64,000 nt of DNA from positions 480,001-544,000 of the forward strand of contig CAWFQB010000014.1 in the NCBI GenBank assembly GCA_963817895.1. The letters are read 5' to 3'. The notes beneath the pieces are model-generated. The model searched no databases. It was given only the letters and a program-made list of their open reading frames with translations, and was not told where the DNA came from. Both the position numbers and the translations under genes were made by a program. Positions 1-10,326 of the stretch are shown in pieces. The stretch is from an uncultured Chthonomonadaceae bacterium (GTDB taxonomy: Bacteria; Armatimonadota; Chthonomonadetes; Chthonomonadales; Chthonomonadaceae). Position 1 is the first letter of the stretch. Every line of letters begins with the position of its first letter.

Positions 1-1
1 C

Positions 2-187
2 GAGCGGCGCGTCCATCCCCCGTTCGGCGCGCATGGCGGCCGTCCGGGGCAATGCGGGCAAAATCGGCTGCAATTGCCGGGACAGGCGGAACAAACTCTC
101 CCCGGCAAATGGAGCGCGGACTGCCCCACCGATTCCCTGTTGACCCTGCGCACCCCCGGCGGCGGCGGCTGGGGTAACAAATCCTGA
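2..187 (+). CDS. Hydantoinase B/oxoprolinase family protein, C-terminal part (5'-truncated by window edge)
   Basis: Manual translation of frame 2 gives ERRVHPPFGAHGGRPGQCGQN...LPGK...LTLRTPGGGGWGNKS*; TPGGGG(W/Y)G is the family C-terminal motif. Confidence 0.8.
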   Translation, partial: ERRVHPPFGAHGGRPGQCGQNRLQLPGQAEQTLPGKWSADCPTDSLLTLRTPGGGGWGNKS

Positions 188-280
188 TAAGTCTATTAGC
201 GCGTTGTTCTTCTGTGGCGAGTAGAACACGGGCAGAAAACAAAGCGGAACGAAGTCTTCTGTTTGGCAATTTTTCCTGTG

Positions 281-745
281 TTACTCGTCTATTGTTTGTA
301 TAAAAGTGAGCGGATCAACAACAGTCATGTAGGGGTACAGACGTTTAAAATCACTGCTTGACCTGAGAACAAGCAGATGTTTGTCTCGCGTGACGAGAAA
401 ATCTACTTCCTCCTGAATTGCAAGATTCAGAATTTTCTCGTCATTGGGGTCACGCGGATATTGCAAATAGGGACGTATCACGGTTACGGGAGTTGTTTTC
501 AGGTCTATAATGCGCAGTATCAGGTTGGCTCGTTCGGGAGTAAGGAGTGGATTTTTTGCGATGACAACGGGGCGCGTAAGAACATCTGCATACTCTTCTC
601 GCACCTGCGGGCTGAGTGGCACAATAATTTTTCCGGCTGCCAACAAACGCAAACACGACGCAGCCGGACCTGCATTTGATATAGCGGATTGCAGCACGAC
701 ACCCGTATCAAATACCGCTTTTTTGCGATCAACAGGTTCGCTCAT
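281..745 (-). CDS. PIN-domain toxin (putative TA system toxin)
   Basis: AVFDTGVVLQS N-terminal motif and RDPNDEKIL...LVTRDKHLL acidic PIN motifs. Confidence 0.85.
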   Translation of the reverse strand: MSEPVDRKKAVFDTGVVLQSAISNAGPAASCLRLLAAGKIIVPLSPQVREEYADVLTRPVVIAKNPLLTPERANLILRIIDLKTTPVTVIRPYLQYPRDPNDEKILNLAIQEEVDFLVTRDKHLLVLRSSSDFKRLYPYMTVVDPLTFIQTIDE

Positions 746-1098
746 GATTTAGATGTTTGAGGGGCGCGGCGTTCCGCTCGATATTTAGCCACCTCGGTAT
801 CCACAAACTCTCCAATTTCTTCTTCTGTATGTCCCTGCTTATGGCTATATTCGTAAACGGGAGCCAGTATCTCGGCCAACATCGCGCTTAAATCTTCTTC
901 GGGCGATACTTCATCTGCAATCAGGCGCTCAATTCCCCTCTTCGCAACTGTTTCCTTCACAACCAACTCAGGAACAGTCTTCATTGTATCGTCATGTTTC
1001 GCGCCGCAGCATAGCGATTCCGATTCGACCACAGTGCCTTCATCCAGTTCGCTGTCATAGCCTGCTTCTATATCGGCTATTCCTTTTTTTTCTTTCAT
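742..1098 (-). CDS. Putative antitoxin of the PIN toxin
   Basis: Small acidic ORF with 4-bp overlap with the PIN gene; C-terminal EEEIGEFVDTEVAKYRAERR helix. Confidence 0.55.
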   Translation of the reverse strand: MKEKKGIADIEAGYDSELDEGTVVESESLCCGAKHDDTMKTVPELVVKETVAKRGIERLIADEVSPEEDLSAMLAEILAPVYEYSHKQGHTEEEIGEFVDTEVAKYRAERRAPQTSKS

Positions 1099-1350
1099 CT
1101 AAGAAACTCTCCCTTCTTTAAATTACTCTAATCGCAAACAGAAAGCCAGAAACTTCACCGCTCTCTTTTCTACTCCATTATAGGGAGAAAGGAGGAGAAT
1201 TGTCAACGAATTCAGCAAAAAATCTCTGGCGCAATTCAAGTTCGGGGATATACGGATAAAACCTTTTTTACATACTCCCGGCGGTTGAGAATAGAAACCA
1301 TAATCCCGCCCGGTTGCCGCGTTTTTATTTTCTGTCGCGTATAAAAGCGC

Positions 1351-2292
1351 ATGGAACACAGGCAAGACACCGAAACGCGCAGCTTTCTCTGGCAAAAACC
1401 ACAACTTGGCCTGGTGTGCATCACGACTACGGAACGGGTACGCTTTCGGACGATTACGCGAACGCGCCTGCTGCAATTTCCCGCGCATGAACGCTCGTTT
1501 TTGCTGTACCATCTGTATCAGGACAATTTGAACCGGCTGGCGGGCGCGCTGGAGTTTTGCGCCCAAAACAACATCGGCATGTACCGGCTGTCCTCCAACC
1601 TGCTGCCCTTTGCCGACGATCCCACATACGAGGACGCGCTGCTTGCCTGTTCGGAAACCCTTGCCGCGATTGGCGCGCGGGCGGATGCGTTACACATCCG
1701 CCTGCTGGCGCACCCGGAACAATTTATCGTGCTGAGTTCCGACAGTCCGCAAGTGGTAGCGAACAGCATCCGTTCCCTGCGCGGACACGCCCGTATTCTG
1801 GACATGATGAACCAGCCGCGCTCACACGCCTGCCCGCTGATTCTGCACGGCGGCAAAGGCAACCGGGCGGACGCCCTTGTTCGGACGATTGACACACTCG
1901 ACGAAACAATGCGGGCGCGGCTGATCCTTGAAAACGATGAGGATGCGTACAGCAGCCGGGAAATCTTGACCGTTTGCCGACGCGCGGGAGTTCCGATGGT
2001 CTTCGACGCGCACCATCATGTGTGCCATGAGAAACTCTCCAGTTATGAAGACGCAAGCGTGATAGAGATGTTCTGGGCGGCGCGGGAAACGTGGCCCCTC
2101 CCACAATGGCAAATTACGCATATCTCCAATGGGCGCGCGTTTTTCGCTGACACCCGCCACAGCGACCTCGTAACGCAAATACCCTCCGTATTCCGCTACG
2201 CGCCGTGGATAGAAGTGGAAGCCAAAGCCAAAGAGCAGGCCATCGCCCTGCTTCAAGCCCGCTGGCAAAGCAGGCTGCCAACAGCATTGTAG
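1351..2292 (+). CDS. uvsE: UV DNA damage endonuclease
   Basis: LGLVCIT, MYRLSSNLLP, HPEQFIVLSS, LENDE, FDAHHH, HSD and EVEAKAKEQA motifs of UVDE. Confidence 0.92.
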   Translation: MEHRQDTETRSFLWQKPQLGLVCITTTERVRFRTITRTRLLQFPAHERSFLLYHLYQDNLNRLAGALEFCAQNNIGMYRLSSNLLPFADDPTYEDALLACSETLAAIGARADALHIRLLAHPEQFIVLSSDSPQVVANSIRSLRGHARILDMMNQPRSHACPLILHGGKGNRADALVRTIDTLDETMRARLILENDEDAYSSREILTVCRRAGVPMVFDAHHHVCHEKLSSYEDASVIEMFWAARETWPLPQWQITHISNGRAFFADTRHSDLVTQIPSVFRYAPWIEVEAKAKEQAIALLQARWQSRLPTAL

Positions 2293-2385
2293 GGGCGCTG
2301 CTTGCCGCGCCCTCTTTCGCGAGGGGTTCAGCCCTTGATTGCGAAATTAAGCGATTGAGGAGGGTTCAGCAAGCAGAACCCCTAC
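2289..2385. repeat. GTAG-type REP inverted pair (overlaps uvsE stop codon)
   Basis: GTAGGGGCGCTGCTTGCCGCGCCC ... GGGTTCAGCAAGCAGAACCCCTAC; related copies at 27609-27710 and 28952-29088. Confidence 0.8.
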
Positions 2386-2429
2386 GATGTATTCTTTTCC
2401 ACGAGATTACAATTTATTTGCGCAAAGGG

Positions 2430-2459
2430 TTGACAGCTGCGCAGTGGCAACGGTATACT
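2430..2459 (+). promoter_or_regulatory. Sigma70-type promoter of the arg operon
   Basis: TTGACA (2430-2435), 18-nt spacer, TATACT (2454-2459). Confidence 0.75.
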
Positions 2460-2490
2460 GCTATTATCTTTTGAAGGATATGATGAATTT

Positions 2491-2559
2491 ATGTTAGCAT
2501 ACAACATAAACAGTTCTTGTTCGGCATCCAGCCGTCGCCGTCAGCGTACCGGTTTCTAA
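2491..2559 (+). CDS. Putative arginine attenuator leader peptide (MLAYNINSSCSASSRRRQRTGF)
   Basis: 22-codon ORF between promoter and argC with CGT-CGC-CGT-CAG-CGT; GAAGGA at 2473-2478. Confidence 0.65.
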   Translation: MLAYNINSSCSASSRRRQRTGF

Positions 2560-2648
2560 GCCCACGCTGCGCGGCGCAAGTCGTTTTGCTTCGCAATTGA
2601 AGGTCGTGGGCCAATCCGAGGACGGAGGCTTGCGGCTTTTTTGTTTTG
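2560..2648 (+). promoter_or_regulatory. Putative attenuator (alternative antiterminator/terminator pairings and U-tract)
   Basis: GCCCACG 2560-2566 can pair with CGTGGGC 2605-2611; CGCAAGTC 2575-2582 can pair with GGCTTGCG 2627-2634; followed by TTTTTTGTTTT. Confidence 0.55.
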
Positions 2649-2712
2649 TGCTTACCAGCCGCCGGTCACACTGCACCGCGCGGCTTTTATATTGAGTCTG
2701 GAAGGTGCTGTT

Positions 2713-3774
2713 ATGATTGATGTAGGAGTTGTGGGGGCGTCAGGGTATGGCGGCGGGGAATTGCTGCGCCTGCTGCTGCGGCATCCCGATGTGCAGGTGA
2801 CAGCCGCCGTATCGGAAACGTATGCGGGCAAGCCGTTGTCTGCGGCGTTTCCCGGCCTGACGAATACCCGCGCAGATCAACTGCGATTTGAAAGTTATGG
2901 CGACGGCAGCCGTATCGCGCAATGCGACGTGGTGTTTCTGGCGCAGGAAAACACCAAAGCCATGCAGACCGCGCCCCATCTGATTGAGGCCGGGTGCAAA
3001 ATCGTGGATTTGTCCGCTGATTTCCGGTTTCGCAGACACAGACACATACGCGCAGTGGTATGGCATGGCACACGCCTGTCCGCGCCTCAATGCCGAGGCC
3101 GTATACGGGATGCCGGAACTGAACAAAGAGGCCATTCGCAAGGCGCGGATTGTCGGGCAATCCCGGCTGCCACGCCACTGCGGGAATCCTCGCCCTCGCG
3201 CCCCTTATGAAGAACAATCTGATTGATGTAAACAGTATCATCATTGATCTCCAAAACCGGCGTATCGGGCGCGGGACGGGCGAAATTCAGCCTCGACTAC
3301 CACTTTCCTGAAATCAATGAGAGCGTGAGCGCGTACAAAGTTGCGGGGACGCACCGCCACACGCCCGAAATCGAAATGGCGCTTCAGCCGCTTACCAATT
3401 CGCCAACGCCGCTTGCCGTGACGTTCACGCCACATCTGATTCCCATGACGCGCGGCATACTGGCAACCTGCTATGCCACCTGAAAACAACCGGCAGGCGT
3501 AGCCGAATTGAATCAACTGTATACCGGCAATTTTATGCCGACGCGCCCTTTGTCGCCGTTGTGGAAGACCATTTGCCTGCCACAAAACACACGCTCGGCA
3601 CTAACGTTTGCCATCTTGCCGTCAGCGTAGACAACCGTAACAACCGCGTCACCGATTATTTCCTGTCTCGACAACCTGATTAAAGGCGCGGCGGGTCAGG
3701 CCATTCAGAACATGAACCTGATGTGCGGTCTGGAAGAAACCGCAGGATTGGAAGGGGGAGGGTTATGGCCGTAA
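2713..3774 (+). CDS. argC: N-acetyl-gamma-glutamyl-phosphate reductase (several frameshifts)
   Basis: [63 protein letters not shown] spread across frames. Confidence 0.95.
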
Positions 3775-4404
3775 TGATAGAAAAGGAGAAAAGGAGAAGA
3801 GGAGAAGAGGAGACAGGAGGAAATAATGAAGTAAATCTCCCCTCATCCCTCATCCCTCATCCCTCATCCCTACCTGTCTTCGTCCGACTTTACCGCCCCG
3901 AAGACTACCCTACTGTTCTGGCTTTGTGGGAAGAAGCGAAACTGCGCCCGTATCTGGAACACGGAATTAGAACGGCTGATGGGTTCGGGAGGCGGCGCGT
4001 TGGTTGCTGTCGCGCCGCAGACGAAAGACGCGGGCGGGCTTTCAGAAGATCAAGCTGGAGAGTTCAGGAACGAGCAAGTTGTGGGCGTTATTTTGTGGTC
4101 GCACAATGGCAGCGTGGGCATTTTGTGGCGATTGGCGGTTGCGGAACATCAGCGAGGGCGGGGCATTGCCACAAAACTTTTGGACAGGGCGGAGCAGGAC
4201 ATTTACGAGGCGGGATTGAGCGGCGTAACCCTGCTCACCCGCGTCACAAACACGGTCGCCAAAAGTATGTATACCAAACGCGGCTACAAACATAACAGCC
4301 CTCTGGAATTTTGGGGCAAAAAACTGTCCGAACCGGGAACAGAAATACCGAACACCGAGAACTCTCAACCCTCAACTTCGAGCGAGGAGCAAACATCGTG
4401 CTGA
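3774..4404 (+). CDS. GNAT N-acetyltransferase (frameshifted), coupled to argC and argJ
   Basis: RLAVAEHQRGRGIATKLL acetyl-CoA motif; TAATG overlap with argC stop; overlaps argJ start. Confidence 0.8.
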
Positions 4405-5620
4405 CGCAGTGGAAGGATGTGGAAGCGGGCGTTACGTACCCGGAAGGCTTTGTCGCGTCGGCGGTGCGCTGCGGCCTGAAAACGGCGGGCGCGGATTTGG
4501 CGTTGCTCGTCAGCGACACGGCGGCGACCGTTGCCGGCGTGTTCACCACCAACCGGGTGCAGGCCGCGTGTGTGCAGTATTCCCGGCGCGTAACCCGCAA
4601 CGGAACCGCTCGCGCTATCCTTATCAATGCGGGCAACGCCAACGCCTGCAACGGCGAACAGGGCGACCACGACAACCGGACACTGGCCGAATGGGTATCG
4701 CGTCACCTCAATATTCCGCCGGATTCGGTACTCACCGCGTCAACGGGAATCATCGGGCATCTGATGCCGATGGATAAACTGCAAGCCGGCATTGCCGACG
4801 CGGTTGCCAATCTGGACCGGGACGAGGACACGGATGAAGCCGTTGCCCGCGCCATTATGACGACGGATACCGTTCCCAAATTTCGCGCCTGCGACGCGGA
4901 CAGCGACCAATGGGTTGCGCCCATTCGGTTCGGCGGCATGTGCAAGGGCGCGGGCATGATCGCGCCCAACATGGCGACCATGCTTGCCTTTCTCACGACG
5001 GATGCCCGCCTGCCCGCGCCCCTGCTTGCAGGAAGCCCTGAAACGCGCCGTTGCCGCCTCGTTCAACAGCGTCACCATTGACGGCGATACCAGTACCAAT
5101 GACATGGGCCTGCTGCTGGCATCCGGTATGGGCGAGGGCGTGATCTCCGTACCCGGCCCCGCCTTTGAAGATTTTGTCGAAGCCTTAACCCGCCTGTGCA
5201 TCGAGCTTGCCAAAGCCATTGCCCGCGACGGCGAGGGCGCAACCAAACTGGCGGAAATTATCGTTCGCGGCGCGTTGACGGAAGCCGGGGCGCATACGAT
5301 TGCGAAAACCATTGCCGAATCGCCGCTCGTGAAAACTGCCCTGTTCGGCAACGATCCGAACTGGGGCCGGTTGCTCATGGCGGCAGGACGCGCCGGGCGT
5401 TCCCTTCGACCCGACCAAAATAGACGTGCAAATCGGCCCGCATCTTGTCTGTTCGCAGGGCGGCAGCGTGGAATTCGACCGCGATGGGGCGCATGATTAT
5501 CTGACACAAAAAGACGTGCAAATCGTGCTGGACTTGAATCAGGGCGACGAACTCGCCACCGTCTGGACGTGCGATTACAGCTACGATTACATCAAAATCA
5601 ACGCAGAGTACCACACGTAG
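4398..5620 (+). CDS. argJ: Glutamate N-acetyltransferase/ornithine acetyltransferase (frameshifted)
   Basis: NAGNANAC, STGIIG, IMTTDT, KGAGMIAPNMATML, DGDTSTND, DGEGATK, DPNWGR, C-terminal YIKINAEYHT. Confidence 0.95.
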
Positions 5621-5711
5621 GCAAAGGATGAAGGATGAAGGATGAAGGATGAGTAAAATATGCATCGACATTCATCATTCATCACTCATCATTTGCTTTT
5701 TGGTCAACACC

Positions 5712-6524
5712 ATGCAATTACGCTCATTTGGCTATCGTACCGATCTGATTTTCGCGCGCTTTGAAGGCCGCATTACGGATAAAGGCGACTATTTGGTAAT
5801 CCAAACGCCCTCCAATCCGACCTTTTACTGGGGCAACTTTCTGCTGTTCGCGCATCCGCCGCAACCGGGGGATTATGAACGGTGGACAAAACTATTCGCG
5901 CAGGAGATAGGATCGCCCGAACAGGTGGGACATATTGCTCTTGCATGGGATAATACAGCAGGCGAAACCGGCGAGGTCGCGCCCTTTCTGGCAGCGGGCT
6001 TCGAGTTAGATACCGCTGTCGCGCTGACCGCCCGGCAAGTACAACTGCCGCCGAAGTTCAACCCCGATGTACAGGTACGCGCGCTTGAGTCGGAGGAGGA
6101 TTGGGAAACCGCCCTGCAAAACCAGATTGTACACAGGGAGCCGAAGTACAGTCTGGAAGGCTACACGACATTTCGGCGCGCGAAAATGGCATCTTATCGC
6201 GCGATGGTCGCGCAGGGGTTGGGGCATTGGTTCGGCGCGTTTGTGAATGATGAAATGGCAGGCGATTTAGGGCTGTTTGTGGACAGTACCCAGCGCGGCA
6301 TTGGCCGCTTCCAATTCGTCACCACCTACCCGGATTTTCGCAGGCAGGGAGTTTGCTCTACCCTTGTTTACAAGGCCGCCCAATTCGGCCTTACTTCGAT
6401 GGGTCTTGAAACACTGGTGATGATAGCGGACGAAGACTACTTTGCCGCCCGTATCTACGAGTCGGTAGGATTTCAGCCCGCCGAACGCCTGACAAATCTG
6501 CAATGGGTTGCAAACACAAAATGA
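5712..6524 (+). CDS. GNAT family N-acetyltransferase
   Basis: TPSNPTFYWGN N-terminal motif; RFQFVTTYPDFRRQGVC; IYESVGF. Confidence 0.85.
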   Translation: MQLRSFGYRTDLIFARFEGRITDKGDYLVIQTPSNPTFYWGNFLLFAHPPQPGDYERWTKLFAQEIGSPEQVGHIALAWDNTAGETGEVAPFLAAGFELDTAVALTARQVQLPPKFNPDVQVRALESEEDWETALQNQIVHREPKYSLEGYTTFRRAKMASYRAMVAQGLGHWFGAFVNDEMAGDLGLFVDSTQRGIGRFQFVTTYPDFRRQGVCSTLVYKAAQFGLTSMGLETLVMIADEDYFAARIYESVGFQPAERLTNLQWVANTK

Positions 6525-6997
6525 ACTTAAAACAACCAATTCATCTGCGCGTGATGAGTCGTCCGGCATTGGGGCAAATGGCTGCGGACGAGCCGTTTAT
6601 CCTGATTTCCGTCACCGATCCCGGTTCCGATGAGGCGTTGGTTGCGGACACGCCGCTGTGTCGCGGAGTCCTGCGGCTGCAATTCGACGATGCCGAGTAC
6701 AAAGGACAAACCCCACGCGGCAAAACCCTCATCAGCAAACAGGACGCCGACGCCATACTCGCGCTCATACACCGGCATGTCATGGAAGCGCAGGAGCCGG
6801 TACATACGATCATTTGCCAGTGCGAAATGGGGCGCAGCCGCTCGGCAGGCATCGCCGCTGCCCTGTCCAAAATTCTGACAGGCGAAGACGCCCACTTTTT
6901 CAGCGACTACTACCCGAATCGTTGGGTATACCAAACCATTTTAGACCAACACGCCCAACATCAGGAAGCAACAACCTCTTCCCTGACTCGGAAGTAA
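6521..6997 (+). CDS. Predicted protein-tyrosine/dual-specificity phosphatase-like protein
   Basis: Cx5R active-site loop CEMGRSRSAG; ISVTDP and LQFDD motifs. Confidence 0.75.
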   Translation: MNLKQPIHLRVMSRPALGQMAADEPFILISVTDPGSDEALVADTPLCRGVLRLQFDDAEYKGQTPRGKTLISKQDADAILALIHRHVMEAQEPVHTIICQCEMGRSRSAGIAAALSKILTGEDAHFFSDYYPNRWVYQTILDQHAQHQEATTSSLTRK

Positions 6998-7016
6998 TCA
7001 AACTTCAGACTTCCTG

Positions 7017-7119
7017 AGAGCCTATTCCAATAGGCCGGGTACAGAGAACGTACCCGTCTGAGTAGCCTGCGGCTAAACGTCCTTCGGACGTAAATGCTTT
7101 TCCTACTGGGACAGGCTCT
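7017..7119. mobile_element. ~100-bp palindromic MITE-like element, copy 1
   Basis: Imperfect terminal inverted repeats GAGCCTATTCCAATAGG / CCTACTGGGACAGGCTC; closely similar copy at 20004-20105. Confidence 0.7.
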
Positions 7120-7145
7120 AAGCGCGACCAGCCCCCATACAACCG

Positions 7146-7196
7146 CCTCCCCTCTCCTGGCGCGTTGCGCGGCAAGGAGAGGGGCCGGGGGTGAGG
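7146..7196. repeat. CCCCTCTCC...GGAGAGGGG-GGGGTGAGG palindromic repeat (family A)
   Basis: Near-identical to 36214-36264; related copies at 12131-12169, 27571-27782 (interrupted) and 37416-37512. Confidence 0.8.
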
Positions 7197-7279
7197 TCAA
7201 GCATCCCGCCCAAATTTCCTGTATAATAAGAGCAGGGACTTGCAGGCAGACTGCATAACTATCAACAGGTACTCACATA

Positions 7280-8146
7280 ATGCTACAAATTGATTCCAGC
7301 GCTCATGCGTCCGTACTGATTGAAGCCCTGCCCTATCTGCGGCAGTTTTACGGCAAAACCATTGTCGTCAAGTACGGCGGCAACGCCATGATTGACGAAA
7401 CGCTCAAAGCGCAGGTGATGCAGGATATTGCCCTGCTGCATTACGTGGGGATACGGCCTATTCTGGTACACGGCGGCGGGCCGGAAATCAGCGCCATGAT
7501 GAAGCAGATGGGACATGAACCCGCTTTCGTCGGCGGTCTGCGCGTGACCGACGCCGAAACTATGGAAATCGTCGAAATGGTGCTGGCAGGCAAAACCAAC
7601 AAAGGTATCGTATCCCTTCTCAACAAACAGGGCGCAAAGGCCGTCGGCTTGAGCGGCAAAGACGCCAATTTAATACAAGCCTATAAAATGGAATCGCCGC
7701 AGGGTGATCTGGGCTATGTCGGTGAAGTGGCAAAAGTAAACGCGGAACTGCTCACCCTTCTTGGCGAACAGGGCTATATTCCCGTAATCTCGTCCGTCGC
7801 CATCGGACCCGACGGTGAAAGCTACAATGTCAACGCCGACCATGTTGCGGGACACATTGCCGCAGCCGTGCAAGCCGCCAAACTCGTGATTTTAACGGAT
7901 GTGGAGGGATTGTACGCCGATTACAGCGACAAGACAAGCCTGATTTCCGAAATGGACGCAGAACAGGCCGATAGCATGATTGCCAGCGGCGCGGCGGAAC
8001 GGGGCATGATTCCCAAACTGCAAGCTTGTATTGTGGCTGTAGAGGGCGGCGTACCCCGCGCCCACCTGATAGACGGACGCCTGCCACACGCCCTGCTCAT
8101 CGAAATCTTTACGGACGCGGGTATCGGCACAATGGTACACGCTTAG
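7280..8146 (+). CDS. argB: Acetylglutamate kinase
   Basis: VVKYGGNAM, VHGGGPEI, GLRVTD, YNVNAD, GMIPK, LLIEIFTDAGIGT. Confidence 0.97.
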   Translation: MLQIDSSAHASVLIEALPYLRQFYGKTIVVKYGGNAMIDETLKAQVMQDIALLHYVGIRPILVHGGGPEISAMMKQMGHEPAFVGGLRVTDAETMEIVEMVLAGKTNKGIVSLLNKQGAKAVGLSGKDANLIQAYKMESPQGDLGYVGEVAKVNAELLTLLGEQGYIPVISSVAIGPDGESYNVNADHVAGHIAAAVQAAKLVILTDVEGLYADYSDKTSLISEMDAEQADSMIASGAAERGMIPKLQACIVAVEGGVPRAHLIDGRLPHALLIEIFTDAGIGTMVHA

Positions 8147-8261
8147 GTTAGGTTGTTAGTTGTTAGGTTATCAGGTTGTTAGGTTGAGGAAAAAAGATAT
8201 ACATTACTAACCTAAAGACTTAACAACCTAACAACCTGCCTCTTGGAGTATTACAAAAAAT

Positions 8262-8946
8262 ATGGCACGAAAAAATACAATCGCGCGTGATTTTTTAGCG
8301 GCGTGTCTGACGTTTGCGCTGCTCACGGGCAGGGCTTCAACACTGAGCCGCGCCGATTCCCGGCAGAACGTGGATGAGTACGCCTATGCCGTTTCCGACG
8401 CGCCTGCGCGTGACGGCCATAACGATACCTACGCGGACGCGCTCACGAATGAACTGCACTGGGGACATTTTCCCATTCGTGTCGCGTTTACCAACAGCAT
8501 GAGCAGCGACCGCGAAAAACTCGATGAGATTGCGCAGCGCGGTTTCGCTCAGTGGGTCAAGGCGACGCAGGGCGAAGTAAAGTACGAAGTGGTTTCAACG
8601 CCCTCCCGCGCCGATGTGACCGTCACGTATGAGGTTGTTCCTGCCCGTCCGTTCACGGGCGGCAAACTTGGCACAACGGGTTTCAATTACAACAAAACGC
8701 GCCGCCAGTTGTTTCATGCGGATATGCACCTGAATGTATGGGAAGGCATGACGCGCCGCGACCTGGAACGCTTTGAAAACACTGCTGCGCACGAGTTCGG
8801 CCACGCGCTCGGCATCAACGGCCACAGCCCCAACCCCGATGACTTGATGTACTTCACATCATCGCAATCGGTGGACCGCGCGCGACCTGAACACGCTGGC
8901 CTGCATAGACGGCTTCAAACGCCAAAAGAAAGACATACCGCTCTAA
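8262..8946 (+). CDS. Matrixin-family secreted zinc metalloprotease (C-terminal frameshift)
   Basis: Signal peptide; HEFGHALGINGHS zinc motif and Met-turn DLMY; RDLNTL continues in another frame to a stop at 8946. Confidence 0.8.
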
Positions 8947-9036
8947 CTGTCGACCGGATTCAACTAAATCAACAGGATGCGCAAAACGCAATCAAGAAAT
9001 CCTGCCAAAACACGCTCATAAACAGATGGAGACGCC

Positions 9037-10303
9037 ATGATACTCGACCTTGAAACCTACTCTTCCCACCTTCAACCCCCTTCCGCAGGCTATTGCATAC
9101 GCCCGAAGTGGACGCCGCGCACATCATGCAGACCGACAGCGAGTATGTGCTTGGCACGTATGCGCGTCAGCCGATTGTGTTTGTGCGCGGCGAGGGCGCG
9201 CGTTTGTGGGACAGCGAGGGGCGCGAGTATCTGGACTTTCTGGCGGGGATTGCCGTTGTGCAGGTGGGGCATTGCCATCCGCGCATTGCCGCACGCCATC
9301 GCAAATCAGGCGCAAACGCTGATGCAGGTCAGCAACCTGTACCACAACGCGCTGCAGGCCCCGCTTGCCAAACGCTTGTGCGAACTCGCGGGCATGGAAA
9401 AGGCGTTCTTCTGCAATTCCGGCGCGGAAGCGAACGAGGCCGCGCTGAAAATCGCCCGCAAATGGGGCAAAGCAGAAACGCGGCAGCGACTGCTTTGAGA
9501 TCATCACGTTTCAGGGTTCGTTTCACGGGCGCACGATGGGAACCGTGACCGCAACCGCGCAGCCCAAATACCAGACGCCATTCGCGCCGCTTGTGCCCGG
9601 CTTCCACTACGCGCCCCTCAACAACCTTCACGCGCTCGACGACCTTATCAGCGAAAAGACCTGCGCCGTAATGATTGAGCCGATACAGGGCGAGTCCGGC
9701 GTCAATGTCGCGTCCCCGGATTTTCTCAATGGCATCCGCGCCCTGTGCGACGAGGCCGAAGTGCTGCTTATCTTAGACGAAGTGCAGTGCGGCATGGGGC
9801 GAACGGGACGCTTCCTGGCCAGCCAGCTCGCGGGCGTTCAGGGCGATATTGTCACGCTTGCCAAAGGCATAGCCGACGGCTTTCCGATGGGCGCGTGTTT
9901 GACGCGGGGCGAAGCCGCGCATACGCTTGTTCCCGGCGATCACGGCAGCACGTTCGCGGGCCAGCCGCTCGCCTGCGCCGCCGCCCTCGCCACCTTAGAC
10001 GTTTTGGAAGACGAGAACCTGATGCAGCGCGCCGAGCAGACCGGGCAGTATTTCCGCAACGCCTTGAACCAACTTCGCGCCGATTTCCCCGCCCGCATCA
10101 CCGAGGTGCGCGGACACGGTCTGATGGTGGGCGTCCAGTTCGCGCAGCCGGAAGCGAAGACTTTGTATCAAGGTTTACTCAAGGCGGGCATCATCGCCAA
10201 CGCGACCGGCGACTTTGTTTTGCGCTTCGTTCCCCCGCTCATCGTCACAAACGACGACTGTGACCGCGTTGTAGACACGTTGCGCGACTTGCTGCAAGCG
10301 TAG
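9037..10303 (+). CDS. argD: Acetylornithine aminotransferase (frameshifted)
   Basis: YLDFLAGIAV, FFCNSGAEANEAA, EPIQGESG, DEVQCGMGRTG, TLAKG, HGSTFAG. Confidence 0.93.
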
Positions 10304-10326
10304 CCAGTTTGTGGAGGAGATTTTCC

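Noticed and set aside
2481..2500. ARG box (ArgR operator) at TGAATTTATGTTAG
   Set aside because: Only the left half-site matches; no tandem box
2491..2650. T-box riboswitch before argC
   Set aside because: No recognisable T-box consensus (GGTGGNACC) or stem I motifs
3478..3486. In-frame TGA in argC as possible recoding
   Set aside because: Better explained by a local indel; downstream motifs continue in another frame
7040..7119. Hammerhead or pistol ribozyme suggested by GTCTGAG junction and hairpins
   Set aside because: CUGANGA/GAAA core is absent and the pistol element order is not matched by eye; kept only as a structured repeat
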